Below are positions 32,032 to 45,644 of a stretch of 64,000 nucleotides of DNA, piece by piece. Origin of the DNA: Octopus sinensis (lineage: Eukaryota); contig NC_042998.1 of the NCBI RefSeq assembly GCF_006345805.1, positions 23,126,001 through 23,190,000 on the forward strand, read 5' to 3'. Numbering within the stretch: the stretch's first letter is position 1; each line of letters opens with the position of its first letter. The position numbers were made by a program, and so were the translations under genes. Under the pieces are notes generated by a model. The model was not told the origin of the DNA and made no database searches. It saw only the letters and a program-made list of their open reading frames with translations.

Positions 32032-34281
32032 GCGCTTTTTATGTGGTGCTGCATGGGCGCTTTTTATATTGTATCACACAGGCACTTTTATGGGATGGAT
32101 GGGTTTTATGTGCCTGCAAAGTTTTAAGTCATGTAGAACAAAATTAAACTGTTATTAAAAGAGTGTGTGTGTCTGTGTGTATGAGTATGTGTGTCAATAT
32201 GTGTGAAAGAATGTTTGAAAATTTCAGTGTCAGCTAAACTGCTGAAGATTTCTGTGAACAGTCAAGAAGCCATGGGATAGACAGAAGAATATTCAGTGTT
32301 TGCCTATTACTATGCAAGATGTTATCTCAGTGTGTGATGAATGACATACAATTACAAACTAAGTCACTCCAAAATATATCACATTACTACAACACTGGCA
32401 ATATTTAAGAAGTAGTAATTGGAAGTGAAGATAGGTATCAAGTGAGAAATTGGATTATGGAAATTTGGAAAACGGCAGGAAAAAATGTGTTGATACATGG
32501 CTGACAAATTAGGGGATTGAGCTTTTATTCTATTTTTCTATTTTTATTCATTGACATTGTTGGGAGGATATTGTTGTTTAACCCCAGGTTAGTTCTGGTT
32601 GAGGAGATCTGTAATCAAAGGGCATTCAAGCCATGACCATCCTGTCTTTTATTCACTGATAGTGTACCTGAGACTACATTATCCAATGTGCCCTATGGAC
32701 TTTTCTGTAGTTTATGGGAGATTTGGTAATATATTTCTGTTAGATTACCAGACTACAAAAGTTCCTCTTTGGCTCATTGCAGGGAGATGGATTAGACAAG
32801 ATTATCCTAGTTTTCAAGGTGATAAACAACTCAGTGACATTTCTCCTCAGGATAGAGCCACCTGACTGAACCCCTTTGCTGGTGACACATAAAAAGCACC
32901 ATTCAAATGTGGTCAATGCCAGTGCTCACTGACTGGCCCCCATGCCGGCAGCACATAAGTAGCACCATTCAAATGTGGCTGATGCCAGTGCCACTTGACT
33001 GGCCCTGTGCTGGAGGCATGTAAAAAGCACCCACTACACTCTTGGAGTGGTTGGCATTAGGAAGGGCATCCAGCTGTAGAAACTTTGCTAGATAAGATTG
33101 GAGCCTGGTGCAGTCTCCTGGCTTGCCAGTCCTCAATCAAACTATCTAATCCATACCAGCAAGGAAAATGGACGTTAAATGATGATGATGATAAACACAT
33201 GCCCTGAAAGTTTGGGAAAGGCGGCAGACGATCAAATTAACTTGGTATCTAACTGGTACTTATTTTCATCAAGGTATGTAGGTAGGGTATGAGAGAAGAG
33301 GCAAAAGTCACTCTTGGAGAGACTTAAGGTCAGAACATAGGGATGCATAAGAATGTCAATCGTCGTCGTTGTCATCATCATCATCACCATCACCATCACC
33401 ATCACCATCACCATCTCCTCCTCCTCATTATTATTATTAGCCAAGGCAGTGAGCTGGCAGCATCTTGTCCATCTTTATGTTCTGCGTTCAAATTCTACCG
33501 AGGTCAACTTCAGTCATATGACTGAAACAAGTAAAAGAATAGGTACAGGAGTGGCTGTGTGATAAGAAATTTGCTTCCTCATCACATGGTTCTGGGTTCA
33601 GTCCCACTGCATGGCACCTTGGGCAAGTGTCTCCTACTACAGCCACAGGTTGACTAAAGCTGTGTGACTGGATTTGGTAGATGGAGACTGAAAGAAGCCC
33701 ATTGTATATATGTATCTGTGTGTATGCTTGGCCCTCCACTACCACTTGACAACTGGTACTGGTATATTTACATCTCCATAACTTAGCGGTTCAGCAACAG
33801 AGACTGATAGAATAAGTACCAGCTTAAAAAAAAAACAGCGAAAAAACATTTGAACACGGTCATTGCCAATTCCGCTGGAGTGGCTCCTGTGCAGGTGGCA
33901 TGTAAAAAAAACACCATTTGAGCATGGCCATTGTCAGTACCACCTGACTGTCCTTCGTGCCAGTGGCACATAAAATCACCCACTACACTCTTGGAGTGGT
34001 TGGCGTTAGGAAGGGCATCCAGCTGTAGAAACTCTGCCAGATCAGATTGGAGCCTGGTGCAGCCATCTGGTTCGCCAGTCCTCAGTCAAATTGTCCAACC
34101 CATGCCAGCATGGAAAGCAGACATTAAACGATGATGATGATATTGGGGTTGATTGATTTGACTAAAATTCCTTAAAGCGATGCCCCAGCATGACCACAGT
34201 CTAATGACAGAAACAGGTAAAAGATAAATAATAAAAGATAAAAAAAATGAACTAAAAATATATAAAAAAGTATATACTTAC

Positions 34282-34381
34282 TTTGGTTCTGTTTCTTCAA
34301 CAAGTTCTGGAACAATGGACACAAGAGCAATATAAATAAAGCCTCCAGAGGTAAAAGGTAGAATCCAAGCCGTCTTCATAC
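34282..34381 (-). CDS. SLC39A13: SLC39A13 exon: (G)[32 protein letters not shown](K)
   Basis: CAG acceptor, GTAAGT donor, 100 nt, phase 1 to 2; matches ZIP13 [18 protein letters not shown]. Confidence 0.93.
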
Positions 34382-35662
34382 CTGAAATATATATATTAAG
34401 ATAGAAAACAAAAAAACAAAAACAAAATCAGAAATGAAAACTGCTCATATTTACATTAAAATTGTGACATCTTTTTAATTATTTGCTTTTTATTTATAAC
34501 CTCAGCTTCATCAAAGTCTTTAGGGGGAAATTTGGTTAGAAGAAGCTATATGTGTGTGTGTGTGTACATCTTTATGGGACCTATATGTGTTTCAACTGCA
34601 GAAACTGCACACTGCATTGATACAGTTGAAATGCATGTAGGTCCAGTAAAGGATGCTGTAAATAACTGTTAAATAAAATTATCGAAGTGAAAAATCTGTT
34701 CTCCTTATCATTACTTTAAACTATTAACTTGTTTCAGTCATGTGACTGTGGCCCAACTGTGTGGCCCTTGGTTCAATCTCACTATGCCCAACTATAGCCT
34801 TGACCCAACAAAAGCCTTGTGGGTGGATTTGGTAGATGGAAACTGAAAGAAGCCCATTGTGTGTATACCAATTGATTGACCAGACTATTGGATGTTGTTA
34901 TACATAACTGGTCACAATGTGCTTTGCATCCTTTTAGCTTTTGAATGATACCACCCCCACCAATGGCTAGGGAAGCAAGCTATATACATTTGTGTGTACG
35001 TGTGCATGTATGTAGGTAGGTGTGTGTTTAAGTGTACTCTTGTTTTGACATTACATGATAGTTGCAAGCAAACATCATTGTCATACAAGCAATGTTATTT
35101 GTTTCTAGTCTTTCAGGAGAAACACATCAGGCTATAAGGAAATATTACTTTACCTGGAAACAGATGAGAGTTGAGATGGGATGGGTATCCAGCCATAGAA
35201 AATTTGCCAGAACAAAATTCCATCTGACCCATGCAAGCATGGAAATGCAGATGTTAAATGAGTATTATCATTATTATGGTGATGATGAATGGTGCTTTGG
35301 ATTTTGTAAAGGAGTGAAGATACATAGTTGTCACATCTATACGTATCAGCTGTTCTTAATCTAAGAATCATGACAAAATTCTGAAAGGGTTCAGAAGACA
35401 AAACTCTTACTTCTAAAATATCCACTGAAATGTAAGGTAGCTGCAAATATGTTACACAATAAGCTTTAGGTGTAAGAATTACAACACAACACTTACTATT
35501 GGCAAAAAAACAGGAATATTTCTTGAAGGGAAGTATGAAACATTAATTTTATTAAATTTTAAACCCTCTCATTACCATATTTCTACTGAAATACACTTCC
35601 TTTGTTACATTTTATTTTAAAAATAATGAAGCGTTTAGTAAAATAATTTTGTCATTATTATT

Positions 35663-36080
35663 AAAAGGCAGTGATCTGGCAGAAACGTTAGCACGCCATG
35701 TGAAATGCGTAGCCGTATTTCGTCTTCCGTTACGTTCTGAGTTCAAATTCCACCGAGGTTAACTTTGCCTTTCATCCTTTCGGGTCGATTGAATAATTAC
35801 CAGTTACGCACTGGGGTCGATATCATCGACTTAATCCGTTTGTCTGTCCTTGTTTGTCCCCTCTGTGTTTAGCCCCTTGTTGGTAGTAAAGAAATAGGTA
35901 TTTTGTCTGCCGCTACATTCTGAGTTCAAATTCCACCGAGGTTAACTTTGCCTTTCATCCTTTTGGGGTTGATTAAATAAGTACCAGTTACACACTGGGG
36001 GTCGATGTAATCGACTTAATCCATTTGTCTGTCCTTGTTTGTCCCCTCTATGTTTAGCCCCTTGTGGGCAATAAAGAATT
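35663..36080 (+). mobile_element. Dimeric SINE family 'A', inside a probable piggyBac-like MITE (about 35564-36221)
   Basis: Same structure as 24225-24638; the flanks form a degenerate CCCTCTC...AAAAGAG-TTAA element. Confidence 0.75.
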
Positions 36081-36472
36081 AAATTAATTATTATTAATCT
36101 GGTGTTTGGAACTTGAATTAACATAAAACTTTGATGGTTGGTTTTAACATAAATCAGTTTAAAACAAGGAGCTTGTTTCACAGAACTAGGGGCAGTCTCA
36201 TGTAAGTTGACATGAAAAGAGTTAAATATTTAAAAAAAGGGGTCATGGAAGATTACTGATTTACTGATGTTTAAAAGTTTGGGAGCTGATGCCCCATGTT
36301 ATTAAGGGTAGTTCCAGTTAGGATTTGAACTGCATAAGGACTGTTTTCTAAAGAATTACAACAGTACCACAGTGTTTATCTCTGAATTAAAATAAATCAC
36401 TATAAACTGAAAAGTTTTTATTTCTCCCACTGAAAACATAAATTTGTATTTCATTCATTCATGTAAACCTAC

Positions 36473-36542
36473 CTGCTTCTTCAATGGAATCAGCACTCAA
36501 TGCTGTTATAGTACCCAGAAGTCCACCTGAGGCTGTTAAGAT
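36473..36542 (-). CDS. SLC39A13: SLC39A13 exon: ILTASGGLLGTITALSADSIEEA(G)
   Basis: TAG acceptor, GTAGGT donor, 70 nt, phase 0 to 1; matches ZIP13 TA.GGLLG. Confidence 0.9.
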
Positions 36543-37309
36543 CTAAAAATAAAAATAAATAAATAATTATTAGAAACGAGTAACAATGATTTCTCCCTTG
36601 GCTATGGATGTATAGTGACCAGATATAATCGACTGAATTTATCTGGATAATCGCTTCCCAAATAAAACAACACTGAAAACATGCACTTAGTCAGCCCTCA
36701 CACCAGCAGTCAATTTTTTACTGCATACAACCTTTAACCTTCCACTTAAAGGATTGTGCCTCTCCAAAAATCACAATATATCTATGGTGTCATAAAGAAT
36801 TAGATGGGACTAACCACAAATACATTCAAAAGCCAACATTACCAGTATCTACAATCATTCAGACCAAAAGAGGCAGAAAACTTGACTGAAAACTCAGGAG
36901 GCCAGAGATAAAATACATCCAATATCTTTCAGAGTGATGAAAGATAAAGTCAGCGCACAGCAGGACTTAAACCCAGAATATAGAGGGGCTACGTATTGAA
37001 AGATATGGTAAAACAATAGAATCTAAGAAACTATTGATGCAGTGAATCAGTAAATATTAATACAAGTAGTTCAAACAGAATAAAAAATTTAGATTTAAGC
37101 TGTGGAAAAGAAAAGAAGTCTAATATTTCAGAAGGAACCCTTTGCTGAAAGACATGGAGCTTAATGGTTACCATTTCTGTCAACTTATATCTATAACAGG
37201 TTTATTGGGATGTTTTCATCAGTGGCCAATGACTAATAATTATTTTAGCAAGCATGAGAGACAACTTCAAATGACATCAATTATTTGAGCAACAGTATAT
37301 TGTCCATTG

Positions 37310-37612
37310 TGGAAGCACATGGCCTAGTGGTTAGAGCAGCGGACTTGTGGTCGAGGGATCGTGAGTTTGAATATCAGACCGGGGGATGTGTGTGTTTATG
37401 AGCAAAACACCTAAGCTCCACTCAGCTCCAGCAGAAGGTAATGGCGAACTTCTGCTGACTCTTTTGCCACAACTTTCTCTCACTCTTTCCTCCTGCATCT
37501 TGCAGCTCACCTGCGATGGACCGGCATCCTGTCCAGGTGGGGAACCTATACGCCAAGGAAACCAGGAAACCAGCCCTTATGAGCCAGGCGTGGCTCAAGA
37601 AGGAACAAACAA
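37310..37612 (+). mobile_element. tRNA-derived SINE with a V-domain-like segment
   Basis: A-box-like tggcctagtgg, B-box-like gtttgaata, central ctgcgatggaccggcatcctgtccagg. Confidence 0.6.
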
Positions 37613-38255
37613 CAATATTGCCCATTAGCTTACATGGTACTCAATTTGCATGGCTTCACATTAGCAAGTATTGGTTTGTGTCAAATTTTCTTTTCTTATG
37701 GACTTTACAAATACAGAAACACCATTTTGTTGTTTCTGTTTAGCTTTCCATTTTCCTTTCATTTTACTTTTATTTCATTTCTTTGTTAGTGAGATAAACC
37801 ATGCTCTAAACTAATGCTCAAGTTATAATTATTCTTTCAGATTTTTAAAAATATTTTCAAAATTAAGTAATAAAGTTTCAAATATCAACAAAGTCAATTT
37901 CTCTGGAAATAAAAAGTAACATATTAAAACAATTTCAAATGGAAAAGCCCAACTTGTTAGAACATCTCCACCACCCCACCAAAAAAGAGAAAAATCAGTG
38001 CTAGTATGATAATATTCTCTCTCATTTTTTGTAATTTCAATTTGCACAAATCTACCATAAAAACCAAGAGATGTGTATCATTTATATATACAGTGCAGAA
38101 AATTTGACATAGGTAGAAAAACAATGAAGAAACGTATAACATTATCCCCAAAGTAAAAATGATGCCTAAGAATCAGAAGTGAAGTATTTTCTTGTCAAAA
38201 ACATTTCTGAAGATGTAAAATTAAACAAAATGAAAAGGATGTGATAAACGACAAT

Positions 38256-38780
38256 GTGAAGTATATTTGCCACTTGTAGCCCCAGGAGAACATCTTCTCC
38301 AGCTTGCTATTGACACACTTTCTGTGCCCTATCAGTATTTGCAAAGGGAAGCCATCCTTCCCATCGTCGACCTGACGTGATATTTACCCATCGTCAGTGC
38401 ACGACAATCACTGGTCTTCGATGCGAAGGGGTCCCAATGCAAATAGATATATCCTTTTTCCAGTGATGAAAGAGAAGTCACTGATCTTGAAAAAGTGTAA
38501 ACAAGCTATAATAAATCTCTGAATGAGGTATAAACGAGAACCCCTTTGCATCGAAGACCAGTAATTGTCATGCGCTGACGACGGGTAAATACCCAGAAAC
38601 CCAGGTCCGTGCGTATCACGTCAGGTCGACGATGGGAAGGATGGCGTCCCTTTGCAAATACTGATAAGGCACAGAAAGTGTGTCAATAGCCAGCCGAAGA
38701 AGATGTTCTCCTGGGGCTACAAGCTACAGTAGCATCCACCCTTAATGGTTAGTCACATTTAAGTGGAAAATATACTTCAC
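38256..38780. mobile_element. Foldback/MITE with ~160-bp inverted arms
   Basis: 38273-38432 vs reverse complement of 38540-38723 (one ~23-nt insertion), plus an outer pair 38256-38275 / 38761-38780. Confidence 0.85.
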
Positions 38781-39554
38781 ACTGATATGATAAATAAAAA
38801 GAGTATAAAGAATAAAGCAAGGTCTGTGAAAATTTTGAAATCCGTGCAAAACTGATCCAATGATATCCTTTCTGCCCATTATGAAATGTTATCTTACTTT
38901 AGAAAGTACAGCCATGTAAAATTCATCCTTAGAAATGAACCTTGAAAAGCAGAAGGCAAATTCAGATATGTCATAATCATAGTCTAATAACACAATAGTT
39001 AAAAACTGTAACAACACATGAATCCTAACTTACTTATACACATGAATGATCAACATTTATATTCTGTCTTGGTCTGTGAAGTTTTTGTTGTTATTTAAAT
39101 ATTGTTATATGAAACCATTTTAGAGAAAGTTTCTCTCGTTTCTTTACTTTCCCATCAGCAAATAACAAATACTTTCTATTTCTATTTCTATCTGGACCAA
39201 CAAATGATTTGTGATTGAATTTGGTAAATGGAAACTGTGTAATATGTGTTATATATGTGTTTGCCCCCCCCTCACCACTTGACATCTGGTGTTGTTTTGT
39301 TTACATCCCCATAACTTAATGCTTCAGCAAAAGAAACCAATAGAATAAGCATCAAACTTTTGAAAAACTATACACAAATACTGGGATTGATTTGTTCAAC
39401 TAAACCCTCCAAGGTGGTGCTCCAGCATGGCTGTAGTCCAATGAGTGAAGCGAGTAAATGAGTAAAGCTACAACATAGGAACTAAATTGAAACAGGAAAA
39501 GAAGATAAATTGAGAGGTCTTTGTCTTGCAGGATACTTGGTGATCCTGCTATAA

Positions 39555-39938
39555 TGGCACTCCGTCGGTTATGACGATGTGTGTTCCAGTTGATCCGATC
39601 AACAGAACAGCCAGCTCACGAAATTAATGTGCAAGTGGCTGACCATCCCACAGACACATGTACCCTTAACATAGTTCTCGGGGAGATTCAGCATGACACA
39701 GTGTGTGACAAGGCTGGCCCCTTTGAAATACAAGTACAACAGCAACAGGAAGAAAGAGTGAGAGAATATTGTGGTGAAAGAGTACAGCAGGATTCACCAC
39801 CACCATCCCCTGCTGGAGCCTCGTGGAGCTTTAGGTGTTTTAGTTCAATAAACACTCACAATGCTCGGTCTGGGAATCGAAACCGTGATCTTAAGACCGC
39901 GAGTCCGCTGCCCTAACCACTGGGCCATTGCGCCTCCA
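39555..39938 (-). mobile_element. tRNA-derived SINE, family 'D'
   Basis: Minus-strand head tggaggcgcaatggcccagtggttagggcagcggactcgc...ggtttcgattcccagacc with A/B boxes; other copies at about 20635 and 47855. Confidence 0.85.
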
Positions 39939-40186
39939 TGGTGATCCTGCTGGTACCACATAAAAAGCACCCAGTATGCTCTGTAAAGTGGTCGGCATTA
40001 GGAAGGGCATCCAGCCAAAGAACCCATGCTAAAACAGACAAATGGAGTCTGGTGTAGCTCTCCTGTTGAACTGTCAAAACTGTCTAACCCATGGCAGCAT
40101 CAAAAACGGATGTTAAATGATGATGAGGATGATGATAGTATTTGGTGATAAATAATTTTTGAACAATATTGTATTCATGTACTCAC

Positions 40187-40300
40187 CTGTGCTTTTGCAG
40201 CTTTCCACCTGTCGAAACCAGAACGCAGTAATATGGCAAAATCCCCAACTTCATGAGGGATTTCATGTACCAGAATTGCAAATGTTGTTATGATTCCAAC
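40187..40300 (-). CDS. SLC39A13: SLC39A13 exon: [38 protein letters not shown]
   Basis: CAG acceptor, GTGAGT donor, 114 nt, phase 0-0; carries the LIV-1 subfamily HEXPHEXGD motif and the ZIP13-like GFDRW.AAK.Q. Confidence 0.96.
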
Positions 40301-40741
40301 CTGAATAAAAAGGAAAGTTAAGTACTTAAAGTTGAAATTTTTCTGACAATCACTTTTTTTTCTCGTTTAAATGTCAACCAGAAAATAGAGAAGAATTAAA
40401 CAGGTTGAATATAAATATATGAAAGAGTGAAAATCTGAAATCCAAAATGCAACAACTTCAAAAGGACATTTTTATGGTTTGAAATGTAAGATATAACATT
40501 ATTATTAAACATAGTGTGGCAGGCATGGCTGTGTGAATAGATAGTTTGTTTTGTAACACTGTAGTTTCAAGTTCTATTTCAGTTGTGCATCAGTTTGGCT
40601 AAGTGGCTTCTACTATAACCTCTCCAAGCCATTCAATGCCTTGTAAGTGGAATCAGTAGACAGGATCTCAATGGAAGCCAGTGTGTGTGTGTGTATGTGT
40701 ATATATAAAATAATATAAATAATATATATAATAATATAATA

Positions 40742-40779
<38 letters not shown>

Positions 40780-43411
40780 AAGAATATATATATACATATA
40801 CTTTACTTTGATAGGTTTCGGCCATGTCTAACTTAATAGCACCACCATATATATATACACACATGGACATATGGGTACAGGACATCACCAACAGTAAACA
40901 ACATGAAATACGAAAACAAATGAGTACAATATGCAAACAATGAGAGAAACAAATGGAAAACAGGACAAGTAACACAAAGAACAACCCTTCATCAATTGTC
41001 GGCTTTTTAGCTACTCCTCATTTTGAGCATTATATATATACACACACACATACATACATACGTGTGTGTGTGTGTGTGTGTGTGTGTTGTGTGTGTGTGT
41101 GTGTGTGAGTGTGTGTGTGGACTTTTGCATTCTGTGTCTTTGCATGGTGATGGTACGGTGACATCCCTGCTGTACAACAACTTGCCCTGTAGCTCTGCAA
41201 TATTTAAATCATGCAAAACAATAAAGCAAAATAACTTGACAAGTAAAAACCAGGTAAAAATTAACGACAGGAAAGAGTATCCAGCTGTAAAAATAATGCC
41301 TCATATTTTTCCAACCTATGCTAGCAGAGACAAAAAAACAGACAAAAACTAAAATGTATGAACAAATACAGTTTTAGTTTTGCTTCAGAAAACAAAGTGT
41401 TTACACCACAGGTTTTATCTCTCTCCCCGGGTAGATAAAGTGGGCTTGCTCAAACTAGTTTATAGTCTTGATAGAGTAAGAATACTGCTCATGGGTAGTT
41501 TTGTAGCTTTAGTTATAATTTGTGCAAACTTGACCACAGCTAAACTAATCAGTTTAATTTGCATAAAAGTGTATGCAATGACAATGATGATGTCAACATC
41601 ATCATCTCTTAATGTTCGTTTTCCATGCTGGCATGGGTTGGACAGTTTGACCAGAGCTTGCAAGCTGGGAAGCTGCACTAGGTTCCATTCTGATTTGGCT
41701 TAGTTCTACAGCTGGATGCCCTTCCTAATGCCAACATGGATTAGTTAATTCAAATCAAATGGTTAAAACATTGTTTTTATCTGTTCAAGGGTAGAAAAAG
41801 TAAGATTGGATCGATTGGTTTCTAGTCTTTCTAGACTTTCATCAGAGAAAGAATACTCATTTTTTTCTTCTTTTCTTTCCATAGAGAAATAAACCTGTAG
41901 TATAACCATTTGATTCTTTTTTTCAGAAGTTAAAATTGTATGTTTATTAAAAAAAGTTTTATGGTCCTCTCTACCTTTGACATATATCAAAGTCAGATCA
42001 ATCTTACATTTTTTGACCATGAGAAGATAAGACCTGTGGTTCCACTTCGTTTTCCACAGCAAGGCTAAAATTTTATTTGTTCATTTTACCATGTTAGCAT
42101 AGGTTAGATTAATACTTGTTATTAAGGCATTATTTTTACAGCAGGATGCTCTTCCTGTCACAAAAGCTTACAATGTCTTTGAAATCACAGAGCTATGAGA
42201 TGATTTGGTTACTGGGTATATCAACATAATGCCACTACTTTTACTCAACTGGTTTCATGAAGACACAGAATGTAAAAATCCACACACATACTTTGGGCTT
42301 CTTTCAGTTTCCATAGACCAAACCAATCCCAATTCTTTGGTCAGTATGGGACAATAGTAGAAGACACTTGCCCAAGGACCATGTACTGGAAGTGAAGCTA
42401 AAATCACATGATTGGGAAGAACATTTTTTAACCATGTAAAATAATTGTTGTTCTTAAGATCACAATGTTCTATCATCATCATCATCATCATCGTTTAATG
42501 TCTGCTTTCCATGCTAGCATGGGTTGGACGAATGACTGAGGGCTGGCAAACCAGATGGCTGCACCAGGCTTCAATCTTGATCTGGCAGAGTTTCTACTGC
42601 TGGATGCCCTTCCTAATGCCAACCACTCCGAGAGTGTAGTGGGTGCTTTTTTACGTGTCACTGGCAACGACCTCGCTCAAATCTTTTACACATGCCACCG
42701 GAACAGGTGCCAGTAAGGCGATGCTGGTAACGATTCCGCTCAAATGGTGTCTTTTACGTGCCACCCAGTTTTAATTATGAACAAGCAGACTATAAGTCAA
42801 GAAGTTTATTATACATCAGCATATTGTGTGGCTTTGGGTAATGTTACAAATAACAAAGAAATTAAGATGTCTTTTCTTCATTTCATATTGCATTTGGTGA
42901 ACAATGGTTATATTGTTTAGAGGTTCATTGCATTTCTGATAATGAGAGTAACAAGGGATTATTACATACAACTTGGGTGGAACAAACACCACACAAGGTA
43001 TTTATATTTGAAAGTATGACATTGTTTTTTTTTTTAACTTTCTCATTAGTGTTTACATCTTTCTCCAGTATGTGAGTTAATTTGTTCCTGGAGACTGCTC
43101 ATAAAGCAGAACAATAATTTCCCATGGTAGCAATGTATAAATTGTAATTTATTCCCAGAAAAATATTTTACCTATAAAACAACAGTAGAATGTAAATAAT
43201 ATTTTATTTAAAGTAAAAAGAATGTCGACCATTTATAATAAAAAATATAAATATTCTGTGCTGCATAATAATATTATTATTACAATCATTTTCTGCATCA
43301 CTTTCACTCGCACTAGACTTGTACACACCCTCACTTGAAGATGGGATCACCAATTCACAAGCACGTGTAGATTTCTTTTTCAAAAAACAAGTCAAGAGTT
43401 GTTTGCTTATT

Positions 43412-43833
43412 CTCTTTACTCTTTTACTTGTTCCAGTCATTTGACTGTGGCCATGCTGGAGCACCACCTTTAGTCAAGCAAATCGATCCCAGGACTTATT
43501 CTTTGTAAGCCTAGTACTTATTCAATTGGTCTCTTTTGTCGAACCGCTAAGTTACGGGGATGTAAACGCACCAGCATCGGTTGTCAAGCGATGTTGGGGG
43601 TGTGTGTGTGGAAACACAGACACACAAACATATACACACACGCACATATACATATATATATACATATATACGACGGGCTTCTTTCAGTTTCTGTCTACCA
43701 AATCCACTCACAAGGATTTGGTTGGCCCGAGGCTATAGTAAAAGACACTTGCCCAAGGTGCCACGCAGTGGGACTGAACAAGGAACAATGTGGTTGGTAA
43801 GCAAGCTACTTACCACACAGCCACTCCTATGCC
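43412..43833 (-). mobile_element. SINE family 'B'
   Basis: Full-length match to 14087-14487. Confidence 0.85.
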
Positions 43834-45243
43834 ATTTTTTTGCTCTCTATAAATTTCTTGGTAACATGCAGAAGCATTTGCTATGGTAGTAGAAACCTTA
43901 GCACTTCATTCAAAATTTGGATCTTGTGCTTGAAAAATAAAACTTGTAAACCCAGGGTCTCCTAAAGTGGATCCCTGTAAAGTGAAGTATTACTGTACAT
44001 CAGAGAAAGATACACACACAAGTATACACACACACGTATATGTATGTGTGTAACCAGCTTCCACATAGTTTTCGCTTACTAAATTACACTCACAAGGCAT
44101 TAGTCAACTTGAAACTATAGTATAAGATACTTGCTCAAGGTAGGTGCAAGTACAGTGCAGTAGGTACAAGTATAGCACAGTGGGATCAAACCTCAAACCA
44201 TGTGGTTAGGAAGCTGTGACCGCCTTCATTCTCATTACCTGTTATCTCGATATACAAACAAAATATTATTTAGGCACAGAAGTGGCTGTGTGGCACCTTG
44301 GGCAAGTGTCTTCTACTATAGCCTCAGGCCGACCAAAGCCTTGTGAGAGGATCTGGTAGATGGAAACTGAAAAAAAGCCCATCATATATATGTATATATG
44401 TGTGTGTGTTTGTCACCCCAACATCGCTTGATAACCGATGCTGGTGTGTTTACATCCCTGTAACTTAGTGGTTCGGCAAAAGAGTCCGATAGAATAAGGC
44501 GGTGTTCCTGCATGGCCACAGTCAAATGACTGAAACAAGTAAAAGAGTAAAAGAGTAAATCATAAAGAGAGTGAATGTAACTTGTTTCTCTCTCATTTTT
44601 TTCATTTTTGTTTTAGAAGATAAATAAATAAAAAAACTGACTTTTTTTCCATCAGAGATAGAAAAACAGAAAACCGTCATTTGCAAGTAACTATAAATTG
44701 GTAGTGAAAAGGAATTGTAAGAAGAGCACGAATATATCACATAACTAACAAGCTATGCTTAGAAACAGACATTTCAATGTATGATCAATAATGACACTTT
44801 TAAACCAGTGCAATAAATCAAAGGGTTATGAAATCTGTTCAAGAAATCATTACTGACAATGACGGAGGAGCTTAAAAAAGGTGAACAGACAGTTAAATTA
44901 AAAAGCAGCGATGGTTTAATTGCCAAGTAGGACAATGCAGTACAGTCCCTGCTTGTCATGAGAAGTTGAAAATAAAATAAAATAAATCGTTCCACCTTGA
45001 CTTTACAATACAGAGTATTTGGTTGTAAACTGGAGGCAAGTTGGAAAGTGGACTAACAGGACAGATGAGAAGTACTTGTTAAAAGATGATGGGTGAGAGT
45101 GGCAAGCAGTGCTAGATTAAAACCCAGAGAGGCCCTAAGCACTTACAAGATTTTGGTGCCCCCATACGCAAATCAAAATATAAATAATAATAAAACATAA
45201 AATAAATTAGGAGAGTATCGTAGTTCACTTGAAGCATTGTGTA

Positions 45244-45644
45244 TTGTTTGTAAAGAATAAGAAGTTTTGAATGGTACAACAATGCTCTATAATACAGACA
45301 ATGGGCTATATACCTGTTGTAATCTAGTCATCCATAGTCTGATATGATATTTTGGAATACAATTCCTTCTTCAGATATTCTTAGATGGAGTTGCTGCTAT
45401 AATCAGTTTTCTAATGGCTTTTCTCAAATAATAATGATAATAATAATTGGTACAAATATAAAGAAAAGCCATTAGAAAACCGATTATAACAGCAACTCCA
45501 TCTAAGAATAACTGAAGAAGGAATTGTATTCCGAAATATCATTGGACTGTGGATAACTAAATTACAACAGGTATATAGTCCATTCTTTTTTATAATATAG
45601 TGCATTCTTGTACCATTCAAAACTTTTTATTCTTTATAAAACAA
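45244..45644. repeat. Long inverted repeat; arms 45244-45424 and 45462-45644, 37-nt loop
   Basis: Arms align over about 180 bp with scattered mismatches (e.g. ggaatacaattccttcttcag.tattcttagatggagttgctg.tataatc.gttttctaatggcttttct). Confidence 0.9.

Noticed and set aside
33343-33525. His-rich ORF as a metal-binding ZIP loop exon
   Set aside because: It is a (CAT/CAC)n microsatellite on the strand opposite SLC39A13, running into a SINE; no splice or phase fit.
37310-37385. tRNA genes (also at the heads at about 24228, 39870-39938, 47855 and 61983)
   Set aside because: A/B-box-like motifs run straight into multi-copy SINE bodies and do not form complete cloverleafs.
40800-41030. Additional hammerhead on the minus strand (ttgatgaaggg ... 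gccgaaac)
   Set aside because: The core is mutated (TTGATGA) and the halves are about 160 nt apart with no clear stem; probably a decayed Penelope-type repeat.
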